A DNA stretch of 64,000 nt from Eledone cirrhosa (Eukaryota): NCBI GenBank assembly GCA_964016885.1, contig OZ024742.1:263438001-263502000 (forward strand), in the 5' to 3' direction. The position numbers and the translations under genes are program-made. The notes under the pieces were generated by a model. It made no database searches. It was not told where the DNA came from and saw only the letters and a list, made by a program, of their open reading frames with translations. Below are positions 12,927 through 25,004 of the stretch, piece by piece; position 1 is the first letter of the stretch; every line of letters starts with the position of its first letter.

Positions 12927-15900
12927 CTTGTCAATAATTTGATAATCCTCCTTACTAGTTATTTCGTCGCTGGTATCTTCTCTATGGTCATCCTGGATCT
13001 TAGTCCCCTCTTCCAAACTACCATAATAAATCTCATCAATTTGATGTGGTTGTCTGTTTTCTTCAATTTCGTGCACTTTGCTTTCAGTACATATTTCTCT
13101 TTCACTTCTTAGGTAAATGTCTTCTGCTGCCTCAGACAAAAAGCTGTCTTCTACGTTTGTTTCCCTTCTGTTTTCTTTTGATGCATAAATTTCCTCATCT
13201 CTTAAGGTTTTGTCCTTCGTTGTTTCATAGAGATTACCATCGGTAGAAACCCAGTCTAAATTCGAGTTCAGCTCATAACTGCCTACCTTAAAAATGCGAC
13301 TTTCTTCAGTTGATGGCTGAGCATGCCTATTGGTTTCAGATCTGTCCACGTCAGATATTGAAACCTGTTCATTTTTATGAGGCTTTATTTCATAGCTATC
13401 CACTACAGACGAGGTCATAGGTTCCCTCTTTTCCTCATAGTCTTGCTTTTCTGTAAGAGGACTAATTTCTGATAGATAACTCTCTACATCTTTTGGACAA
13501 TTATCTATCATTGTTTCGTTATTTTCCTCTTTAGAAAGATAAATGTCTTTCATTGTTGGACATTTACCTTTCTTTGATTCATTCCTGTCGGTTTCATTAA
13601 AAAATTTATCGTCATCAATTACTTGTGGGAACAATAATGTCTTAAAACTGTCTACTTTTCTTTGTGAACTGTCCCTCTCGACTGAATTATTATCTATTGC
13701 ATTGTTAACTGTAGTTTCTTTTAGACTTTCTTCATTTCTTGCAACACTGTATTCCTTTGAGGGAGATTTAGTCACACGTAGCTTACTTTCTTTATCTCTT
13801 GCTGATTTAGTGTCATCTAGATTATAAAGATCGCTGGATATTTTAGTTTTATTTTCATTTACCTTTGATTCGTTACTGGGTGTTTGAAAGTAAATACTGT
13901 CCATCTGAGCAGGAAACTCGTGCTTCGTAGGCTCATTATTATCAACCGTAGATAGATGACTGTCCTCATTAAACATACCCTTATTTTTCTCCTTCTCATC
14001 CCCATATACCATAGAAAGATGGATATCAACATTGGGAGGACACTCATCAAGATTTGATATAGATCTGTTTTTAGCTATAAGAGAGTCATCATCAGTGGAA
14101 ACAAGTTGATTTCTCTTAATTTCATAACTGCTTCCTCGAGAGTCTAGACTATCTTCGTCTGTGAGATCTAGATACTCGTTCGTTCTAGAACTGTCTACGT
14201 TGGACGGAAGAGTGTCTTCTATTTCATTTGAATATTCATATTTCTTTATTTCAGTACTGTGTTGTTTAGTTACATAAACGCTCTCCCCTTCTTCTAGTTC
14301 AGTACTGTCCACTTTGTTTACGTGACTGTCCTTTTGAGACACGTGGTTGTCTTCTTTAGATATGGGACTGACCTCTTTAGACATATGACTGTCTCTTTCT
14401 GTATTTCTCTTCTCTTTCATTATTTCAGTTCTGTCTACTTTAGGTAGAGGACTATCTAATGCTGTTGATCTCTTTTCTACTTTTATTTCAGTACTATCCA
14501 CTTTAGACGTACAACTGTCCATCTCTGCATGTCTCCTTTCTTCCTTTATTTCACTGCTGTCTACTTTAAATACAGGACTGTCCACCTCTATAGATCTCGT
14601 CTCTTCCTTTATATCGGGGATATTCATTTTAGATACAGGACTGTCCCTATCTGTATACCTCTTCTTTTCCTTTATTTCAGTACTGTCCACTTTAGGTGGA
14701 GGACTGTCCACTTTAGGTGGAGGACTGTCTACTTTAGGTGGAGGACTGTCCACTTTAGGTGGAGGACTGTCTACTTTAGGTGGAGGACTGTCCACTTTAT
14801 GTGGAGGACTGTCTACTTTAGGCGGAGGACTGTCCACTTTAGGTGGGCGACTGTCCACTTTAGGCGGAGGACTGTCCACTTTAGGTGGAGGACTGTCCAC
14901 TTTAGGTGGAGGACTGTCTACTTTAGGTGGAGGACTGTCCACTTTATGTGGAGGACTGTCTACTTTAGGTGGAGGACTGTCCACTTTAGGTGGAGGACTG
15001 TCTACTTTAGGTGGAGGACTGTCCACTTTAGGTGGGTGACTGTCCACTTTAGGCGGAGGACTGTCCACTTTAGGTGGAGGACTATCCACTTTAGGTGGAG
15101 GACTGTCCACTTTAGGTGGAGGACTGTCTACTTTAGGTGGAGGACTGTCTACTTTAGGTGGAGGACTGTCCACTTTAGGTGGGTGACTGTCCACTTTAGG
15201 CGGAGGACTGTCCACCTTAGGTGGAGGAGTGTCCACTTTATGTGGAGGACTGTCCACTTTAGGTGGAGGAGTGTCAGCTTTAGGTGGAAGGGTTTCCAAT
15301 TTAGGTGGAGGGCTGTCCACTTTAGGTGGAAGGGTTTCCAATTTAGGTGGAGGACTGTCCACTTTAGGCGGAGGACTGTCCTTTTTAGGTGGAGGAGTTT
15401 CCACTTTAGGCGGAGGACTGTCCACCTTAGGTGGAGGAGTGTCCACTTTATGTGGAGGACTGTCCACTCTAGGTGGAGGAGTGTCCACTTTAGGTGGAGG
15501 ACTGTCAGCTTTAGGTGGAAGGGTTTCCAATTTAGGTGGAGGACTGTCCACTTTAGGTGGAGGACTGTCAGCTTTAGGTGGAAGGGTTTCCAATTTAGGT
15601 GGAGGACTGTCCACTTTAGGTGGAGGAGTTTCCACTTTAGGTGGAGGAGTTTCCACTTTAGGTGGAGGACTGTCCACTTTTGTTGGAGGACTGTCCACGT
15701 TAGGTGGAGGACTGTCTACTTTAGGTGGAGGACTGTCCACTTTAGATACAGTACTGTCCCTGTCTGTTGTTCTCTTCTCTTCTTTTATTTTAGTACTGTC
15801 CGCTCTATGTAGAGGACTGTCCTCTTCCGATATATGACGGTCCTTCTCTGTTGGTCTCTTCTCTTCCTCCATTTCAATACTGTTCACTTTGGCTACAGAA

Positions 15901-18900
15901 CTGTTAATCTCGGGACGTCTCGTTTCTTCTTTGATTTCAGTACTGTCTACTTTAGAGAAGTTAATATCCTCCTTCGGTGACCACTTATTTTCCTTAATTT
16001 TAGTAACGTCTGCCTTAGACATTTGACTGTCTTCTTTTACAGGAAGCTCAGCCTCCTTTGTTTCAGAGTTGTCAATCTTTGAAAGATGGCTGTTTGTTTC
16101 TTTTACATTATAGTTGTTCAACTGAGGTTCATATTTGTTTTCGACATAAGTTTCATTCCTATCTTCCCTAGTAATGAAACTTTCTATATTTTGTTTATCT
16201 TTTTCTTCAATCGTTGCACAAGTGTCTACCTCAGAAAGAATATTGTCTTCAGGGATAAAATGTTTAGTTTCATCGATACCTACTTCAGACTGAAGTGTGT
16301 CTCTATCTTTCGAAGACTTATTTTTGTCATCAGTATTGTCTACTCTTGTTAAATGACTCTCCTCTTCGTGTGTATATTGATATTTCTTTGTTTCATATTT
16401 ATCCACCGTTGAGAAGCTGATATCTTTGATTTGACCACTCCTGTCTTTCTCTGTTACATAGCTATCCACATTGGAAACACTTTTATCGTTTACTTCAGAT
16501 GTTTCTTCCTTAGGAATACGATTGTAATCTTTCATGGGTTCCTTATATTTCATGGTTTCAGAATTGTCTACTTTAGTTGGGTAAGTATCTTTCTTTGTAA
16601 GGAGTTTATCTTTGCCGTCCGAGATATGAACTTTAGATGGACGACTCTCCTCATCCATTGGACGCATAACTTTCTTCGTTTCAAGACTGTCTACCTTAGA
16701 TTCAAGATGCCCAGTCTCTCTTGTTTCAGAACTGTGTTTCACTGTGGATAGTTTATCTTTGTTCGTGATAGATATAGAAGTGTCCTCCTTACTTTCCATT
16801 GATTCAGAGCTATGGAGTTTAGTTTCATAGATGTCTGCCTTAGATTGAAGTATGACTTTGTCTTCAGAAAGATTATCTTCTTTTGTTCCAAATCTGTTCC
16901 AATTAGACAGGAGATTTTCCTGTTCTTTTGGAAGTTTAGACATCTGAATATTTTTATCTATCAAATATTTATCTCCTCCAGTAACATCACTGTCTTCCTC
17001 GGACAGATGGATAGCTTCTCCCACAGAACCTTTTTCTGTTTTCATTTCAGATATTTCTACTTCACATTGAACACTGTCAACACCCAACGAAAGTTGATTT
17101 TTGTTGACTTTATTGTTGTCTGCTTTAAAGTGAGGCACCTCTTCGACTCCCGGATGTTTATATTTGTTGGATGTGTCCACTTTAGGTACGTGGATGTTCT
17201 CATTTGTAGTTTTTGTTTCACAGGTATCTACTTTAGGTATTCGGCTTTCCTCGTTTGTTAAAAGTCTATCTTTCTTCATTTCATCACTGTCTATTTTAGA
17301 GAGACAATTGTCTTTATCTTTTGAAACTATATGTTTTGTTTCATAAATATCCTTATCAAAAGACTGAATGCTCTTACATGTAGGAGGTTCAACTTCCTCT
17401 GACTCATGTCTGTCTTGTTTACCTATAGGAATAACTTCTTCCTTTTGCAAAATTCTCGTCTTAGTTTCATAGATGTCGCTCTCAGACGGAGAAAGGTCAA
17501 CTTTTGTCGATCGTTTTTCTTCTTTTACATCATATTTGTCTACGCTAGCGGGAAGGTCATCTTTCCCTTGAAGTACACCTATCTTAGTCTTGTCAAGGTC
17601 AAATTTAGACAGAGTTATGTCTCCTTTTGTTGAGCTTGGCTTTTCCTTTGTTTCAAATGTGTCCACCTTTTGAGGATAGCAGCTTCCATTACTTTCAGGT
17701 GTATTTTTCATTGAATTAAATTCGATTTCATCTTTCATAAGAATATCCTTTTTCAATTTTCTATAACTGTCTACTTTCGATGGAGTAGATGGTAAATCGT
17801 CATAGACTTTATCTTTTTCCTTTTTAGAACTGTCTACATCTTCCCTGGGTTGCATGTTAGTCTTATTGCTGTCTAATTTATGTACAGAAAGGTCTTTCTC
17901 TTCCTTCTCTTCCTTCTTCTCTTCTTTCTTCTCTTCCTTCTTCTCTTCTTTCTTCTCTTCCTTCTCCTCCTTCTTCTCTTCCTTCATGTTAGAACTGCCC
18001 ACCACAGACAGTTGATGGTCCTTTCTTGGATGACATTCAAATTTCTTAGTCTCTGAGCTGTTTAGTTCCTCTGTAGAAAATGCATCTTCTTTTGTGACAA
18101 ACCTGCTTAGTTTATTTAGATGGCCGTCTTCATTTGTCGGTTCTTTGTTTTTCTTTTCTTCTTTACTGGGTAGAATTGGTAAATCTTCATTAATGTTCGT
18201 TCTATGTTCTTGTTTCAATATAAAGTTGTTTTCAGTTTTAGGGAGATTATTAATAACTTCACCAGAACTTACTTTATTCTTTGATTCATATTTTTCTACT
18301 TCAGCCTTTTCAGTCGACTTGGGAGGATACATTTTTTTCACATCTTTGTCTACATCAACTGTATGTTTGTCTGTCATTTTCTCTGAGTCTTTATGTTGTT
18401 TTTCTGAATGTTCGGGCATTTTCTTCTCCAAAGGCAGCCTTTTGACAATTTTTATACATTGACCGACTTCAGGTTGAGAACTAGTTTGGTTGGCGGCATC
18501 AGAGTCTTTCTTCGAAACATCTTTTTTCTGGCATGGAGCAGGCATCGTTAGAAGTTGTACACTTTGACCAAATTCTAGTGAACAGATGTTTTCATTTGCA
18601 GAATAAACCTGAATAGGTTGTAAACGGACGGCTTCTGTTGAATGTATTGTCTTCTCAATCTTATCCCCTGTTTTTACCACAGATATTTTCTCATCTGCCA
18701 CCAGATAAAACTTGTTATTATTGCTTTTAGTTTGGGAACGATCAAGGTTTTCATTAATTTGATCTTTCTTTATTTCAATTGCTACAGGTTCAACAACACT
18801 AATTCTTTCAGTAACGCCAGTAACTTGCTCTCTAGAACGTGTTTCACTGATGGTGTCTTTGCTATCAGCTTGTTTCATTGTGTTTTCGCTCTCGAATTTT

Positions 18901-19371
18901 TTACCATCTGCTTTAGTGAAATGATCAGTTTTGTTGAAATCACCCTTTTTCAATTTAGCCATATCACCCACGACCAAAAGATCTTCATTTTGTTTTTCTT
19001 CTTTTCCTTCAGTCACAATTTTACTTCTAGCCTTCACTTCATCGACACCTGCCACATAAATATCTTTTTTCTTCTCCTCCACGTCTTTCTTCTTTTCAGT
19101 TTGGTAACTGGTGGAGACGGTATTTTCCTCCAAATTCTCAACTTCTTTTCTTTCTTCTTCATATTGATGGGAAAGGCGCTTGTCATCTTTTACACACTCA
19201 TCTTTAGAAACAGAAAGACTTGTCTTAATTCTTTCATTGCTTTCACCTTTTGCCTGGAAGTGCTTGTCTGTCGGGTCCAATTTATGTTCTTCTGAAATGT
19301 CCTGTGAAAGAAATTCAGATTCATATGAGTGACGAAGACTTTTAGTTTTACACAGCACACTAAATTTGATA
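12927..19371 (-). CDS. Giant internal exon (~6.4 kb, ~2150 codons) of a low-complexity K/E/D/S-rich protein with a KVDSPPP repeat block; product unknown
   Basis: Uninterrupted ORF 12909..19358. Donor AAG|GTAAGT at 12927/12926 (phase 0). Acceptor cttccatcccAG at 19372, or an alternative same-phase tttAG at 19360. No recognisable folded domain. Confidence 0.85.
14682..15743 (-). repeat. Coding 21-bp minisatellite, ~50 units, encoding (KVDSPPP)n with variants KLETLPP, KVDSHPP, KVDTPPP
   Basis: Plus-strand unit actgtccactttaggtggagg repeated in frame within the giant ORF. Confidence 0.95.
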
Positions 19372-20145
19372 CTGGGATGGAAGAAGGAGCAAAGATGAAT
19401 GATAGGGAGTGAAATGGAATATCAGCATACGGTAGTTGTATGCATATGTGATTGTAATGGCGATATAGGGGTGGTGGTGATGTAATAATGATATAATGGT
19501 AAATATAGTAGTGGTGGTGAATATAATGGTGATGTTGATGGTTGTGAGGATACTACAACAACAATAGTGACAACAAAAATAACTGCAACAACAGCAAAAG
19601 CGAGAACGATTATGGCCGAGATGACACAAAATCATTCCTATCTCCCATTCGCTCGTAGATAAACTAGAATTATAAGTACTGTCAAAACTAGTAAAACATC
19701 AAGTATAGTACTAACAACACAAGTAACAATAAGAATAACACTAACAGAGGTTATAATAATGGTTTCTGATTTAAGCACAAGGCCAACAATTTTGTTTTGG
19801 TGGGGGGAGGGAGGGAAAAGATGATTAAATGGACCCCAGTGCATTAAAGGCAAACTTAATGTCGGTTAGATTTGAAGTACCCACTCCCATTGTGATCTGG
19901 GACCTACAGTCATATATTAAGCCACCTAATTTACTGGAGAGCAGTGATTCTTTCTTCCTCTTCGATTTGGCCAGAGTGGAAAACGTTTGACCTCATTTAT
20001 TTCGCAAAAATGCGAACATACACAGAACTTCAAATGTATTGTGCGCATAGACTTCTAACTCGTGATTGGGGGGGCATTTTAAACCTGGCGAAGCAAATCG
20101 CTCTCCAGGTAAACACAGCCAATTTCTTCCCGAGAAGGAGAAGAA

Positions 20146-20226
<81 letters not shown>

Positions 20227-20941
20227 ACGATAGAGATAGAGAGAGATAGAGAGAGTATTATAGTATTATTCAGTTTCCGTTGGTGTAATCAATTTTGATT
20301 ATGTAACAAGAAACTGAAGCCCCTTACAGTAATGTTTTACTGAACAGTCGAATTATTTCGATTGGTAAATCATGTGGTAGTTCCATTATAGGTTCCAGGT
20401 GTAACAATTTAAGGAGTATATATAGAAATGAAAAAAATTATCATTTAAGACACCACATTCCAAAGAGTTGGAATATCATTTATTGCATAAGACTGACACA
20501 TGATTCTTTGTATGTGTTATATAATCAGTCTAGGATCGCTAATATTTGACTCTTTCAATCAAATTAAATCGAATCCAACTACTTATGTAGACACAACACT
20601 GAAAATTTGTTCAAAAGATGAAAGGGAAAGTTCAAATCAGTCTGATTTGAACTCAGAGCGTAGAGGGCCGGAACAAATAGCACAAAACATTCTATCTAAT
20701 TCACCGATTTATCACATACATATGTGTTTTCTATATATATATGCATATAGAAAATTACATTCATACCCACCAAACAAAAACTTAGAGCTCTAGACCACAA
20801 AAAGTTAAATAACCCACTTTCTTAAAAATAGGAGGCTTGATTGTTCATATTTCCTAAGTCCTATACATTTAGGCTATTGATAAACATAAAGGACTAATAT
20901 GAAAAATCCTAATAAAATCGATTGAATACTTGAAAATAGTC

Positions 20942-20999
<58 letters not shown>

Positions 21000-21603
21000 G
21001 ACTATTTTCAAGTATTCAATCGATTTTATTAGAATTTTTATATAAATATATAAATATATACATATATAAGGAAGAAAACGTCGATCGTTCGTTTTGTTTT
21101 GAACTGTTTCAGCTCCACATTTGAAAAGAGGGAATTAGCCCTGAAATATGTTGAAATATACTGGGTGATACATTACTTTGTTTTGTTTTATTTGTCACAA
21201 TTTGCCCTTTATATTTTTCTACTGCATTGTACCGGCTACCGACAGTCGGGGCTAGAGGAATATTGGTGAAAAATTATCTATTATTTCTTCAAACTCACAT
21301 TTTAATCTTAGCTCCGTTTAATTGATTATTTTTTTAGTTAATTTCTCCGGACTAAGAAGAAAAATTAGGTAAATTCTATCTGCCATAAAATTATAAGTTT
21401 GAAGAACAGATATATATATATATATATATACTCCTTATTATATATATATATATAATAAGGAGTTGACGGACCCAGCATATTTATCAATGCCAGGACCGGT
21501 TGTATCTCAGCGTACTCAATAGGTAATGTAGAATACATTCCCAGAGAATACACATAGTTATTCGCTTCAACACAACACACGTAAACGGGTGCCTATAGTA
21601 GTT

Positions 21604-21714
21604 CCCGGACTCGAGTTTCGGCCACACTTAATGCAGCAGTAGGGTGCACTGCACCCTCTGTCTGCATATATTATGCAACAATGCATAATCGGCGCATGTC
21701 GCTTCATCAGCGGG
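21604..21714 (-). ncRNA. Type I hammerhead ribozyme with ~80-nt branched stem II
   Basis: Minus strand: cccg-CTGATGA-...-GAAAC-tcga-GTC^-cggg. Confidence 0.8.
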
Positions 21715-21744
21715 TAACGCCTAATCATTAACCAATCGATCGAC

Positions 21745-21806
<62 letters not shown>

Positions 21807-21985
21807 ACATTCAGGACCCCGATAGCTGCATATCTGTATGTGTGTGTGATCGGTGGGGCGTATTTCTAAAAAAGAAGGTAAGTAGTGCTTGCATTTTATA
21901 TTATATATATGTGCCTGTGTATGTGTGATTGATATGTGTGTGTATGCATGTGTGTTTGTGTGTAAGTGTGTGTGTGTGTGTGTGT

Positions 21986-22026
<41 letters not shown>

Positions 22027-22511
22027 CGCGCGTGTGTGTGTGTGTGCGTGCGGTGGAAAACTAAACACCCCAAAGAAAATAATATTGAAGAATATAGTGA
22101 GCTAGGTTCCGCTCATTCCTCATATCATATCCAAGATTCTTAGATTCAATCAAATCAAGCTGCATTGTAGTTGTGTGTGAGTGTCTCTGATGCATTCGTC
22201 CACATGATTATGTATACGTTTGTTTGTAATTGTGTATGTAATTGCGTCTCTATGTGAGTATATTTGTGTGTGTATGTGTGTGTGTGTCATTGTGTGCACG
22301 CATCTGTGTGTGCGTGTTATGGGTGAAATATCTAGAGCCGCCATCTTGTTGGATCTTTGAGCTATTATGTCCACCGTTATGTTCCGCCACAGACCTCATC
22401 ACCACCACCACCACCACCACCTCAACTACCGCAATTACCGCAACTACCACTCTATCAATAATAACTCTGTTACCGCTACCATCATCACCACTATGTCCGC
22501 CACCACGACGA

Positions 22512-22542
<31 letters not shown>

Positions 22543-22767
22543 CAGCACCAGCACCAGCACCAGCACCAGCACCAGCACCAGCACCAGCACCATCATCTCT
22601 ACTCTATCAATAATAACTTTATCAGCAATGCCATCGCCACCACTATCTCCGCCTGCACCACCACCACCACCACCACCACCACCACCGATGCTACCGCCTC
22701 CTCCTCCTCCCCCTCCTCCTTCTCCTCCTTACTCAAACTCATCCTTCTCATCTTCCTAATGTAATCA

Positions 22768-22862
22768 CAGAGTTTCTGTTGAATGTTTGCCTGGACGAGA
22801 TCTCAACTGGTTTCGTGTTTTATAGAACGCTGCAACCAGTCTTTGATATTGATTGATAAAAG
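22768..22862 (-). CDS. Possible exon (FINQYQRLVAAFYKTRNQLRSRPGKHSTET)
   Basis: ctaattacAG acceptor and an open frame. It ends in phase 2, as the giant exon acceptor requires, but the donor (ct|GTGATT) is weak. Confidence 0.3.
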
Positions 22863-23146
22863 CTGTAATTAGACAATACAACCCTAACAATGTTCACTCA
22901 CCACCTTTCTCTTTTCCCTTCTGTCTGCCTGTTCGTCAGTCTGTTTGTTAGTTTCACTGTCAGTCTATATTTTTCATAGCTTTAATAAATTTGTAGTTAA
23001 ACTGGCATATTTTACTTAATTTCTCTGCCGTTTGTAATTATCTTTTCTTCTTTGTACACACACACACACACACACATATACACCACACGCACACACATAT
23101 ATACATATGTGTGTGTGTGTTTGTATGTATGTAAACATGCCTACAT

Positions 23147-23179
<33 letters not shown>

Positions 23180-24114
23180 AGTATATCACAGTAGGCATTA
23201 GTTATGATATACGAATGTCAGGAAGACATACTCTTGTTATGGTAAACATGTGTGGTTTGCTTCAGTTTGTTCTAGCATATGTTCATGGTGTACATTTGTT
23301 GTAGATACATATATTATAGAATTATAGTATTCATATATTACATTATTGCTGTTGTTTCTACATTTTTATTTTATTTAACTTCATCACTTGGCGAGGTTTT
23401 CAACGATATATTCAAACTTGCTGTTTGGAGGAAGGCACGTTTGAGAGATGTTTGTAGGAAATGTTGAGGAGATTATGTTTCAATAGTTTGTTTGTAATGC
23501 TGCTTTTAATTTTATTGGTAGTACTACCGAGGAGTTGTCATAGGTATGAGTAGATGTCGCTTTGTATCTGTTGATTTACGAAGGGACATAATATATAACA
23601 GCTGCGACTGCTCTTTAGTTTTCTACCTTCTACTAGTATCATCATGTTTTACATGCTTATAGAACTAGTTAGGAAATGTTAAAAGGTATCGAGTGGAATA
23701 AAAACTTAAGCTCTGACCAAGTTTTTAGGCATTTCTTCGTGGAGATAAATCAATATTCAATTATCTTCAACATCCCTACCAAAATCAACTGATCTGAATT
23801 TGCCGATACGTTGTGAATCATCATATTGGTCGAATGCCGCGCCAGGCAGGAAGAAGGTTACATTCCTCCGACACATATGGCGTCTTTTTTTGTTTCTTTT
23901 ACACTTCGGAATAAGGCTTCTACTAAGTCATATTGTTTTCCTTTTCTGAGGTACCAAATGACACTTTTCAGGCGTTTCTTATTTTTCTACACCTGTAGGT
24001 GTCAGCGCTTCTCAACAAATGATATAAGCCCCAGGAAACACTATCACACAAGGACTTTATAAAATTTTAAACCGAAGCGAAAGTTTAGTCCAATCATTAT
24101 TATTATTGCTGTGT

Positions 24115-24302
24115 ATTGCGGTGTATTGGCAGTATCAGTAGAGGGTCAGACGCCATGCTTTGCAGCAAAGAGTTACGGCCCTTTATGGTCTGAGTTCAAA
24201 TCCCGCCGAGGTTAACTTTGCCTTTCATCCCTACGGGGTCGATAAAATAAAGTACCAGTAATACACTGGGATAATTGCTGGCCTTGTGCCAAAAGTAGAA
24301 AC
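24115..24302 (+). mobile_element. SINE (main family)
   Basis: gagttcaaatcccgccgaggttaactttgcctttcatcc...ggggtcgataaaataaagtaccag...ggccttgtgccaaaagtagaaac followed by (TTA)n. Confidence 0.8.
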
Positions 24303-24782
24303 AATTATTATTATTGCTGTTGTTAATATTGTTAAGTTTGTTGTTTCAGTTTTGTTCTTTATTCTTGTTATATCTGTTTCTATTATTGGTATTGCTATTG
24401 TTATTATTTTTTCTCTCTTTGTTGTCGTTGCAAATGTTTTTAGTATTGTTGTTGGGGTTGTTGTTTTATGTCAGTGTTTACACTCACACGTTTGTTATAG
24501 TTGTCCGAAACATCATAAAAAACCCCCATCACATTTTCTCTTTGTCAAACGAATTTTTCAACATAGTCTTTTAACATTATGGCTAGCGCGACTGTTATGG
24601 CCATGTTTTACCAATTATATCTTTTCAAATGTAAAGGTTGTCGATATTTGAAATATAAATGATTGTCCTCCAGCTGCAGACGACGAGGAGGACAAATGAT
24701 AATTTTCGCTACACATTCCAATTTTTGTCGGAGAACTTTATGAAACTGTTGATAATAATTGTTTCTACGTTGATAATAATAA

Positions 24783-24992
24783 TTGTTTCTACTTTAGGCG
24801 CAAGGCCAGCAATTATCGAGGGGAAGGAAAGTCGATTAAATCGAACCCAGTGCATCACTGGTGCTTTATTTTATCGACCCCGTAAAGATGAAAAACAAAG
24901 TTAACCTCGACGGATTTCAACTCAGAACGTAAAGGGCCATAACTCTATGCTGCAATACATGGTGTCTGACGTTCTACCGATATTGCCCAGCC
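24783..24992 (-). mobile_element. SINE (main family)
   Basis: Reverse complement of the 24115 family. Confidence 0.8.
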
Positions 24993-25004
24993 AAATAATA
25001 ATAT

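Noticed and set aside
14529-15837. Plus-strand ORFs (FRWRTVH)n and (GGGLSTL)n
   Set aside because: Antisense shadows of the 21-bp coding repeat
22367-22759. Poly-T/S/P ORF
   Set aside because: Trinucleotide microsatellites (ACC, GAC, CCT)
23330-24060. Coding-looking minus-strand stretch
   Set aside because: Stops in each frame tried and no consistent splice sites
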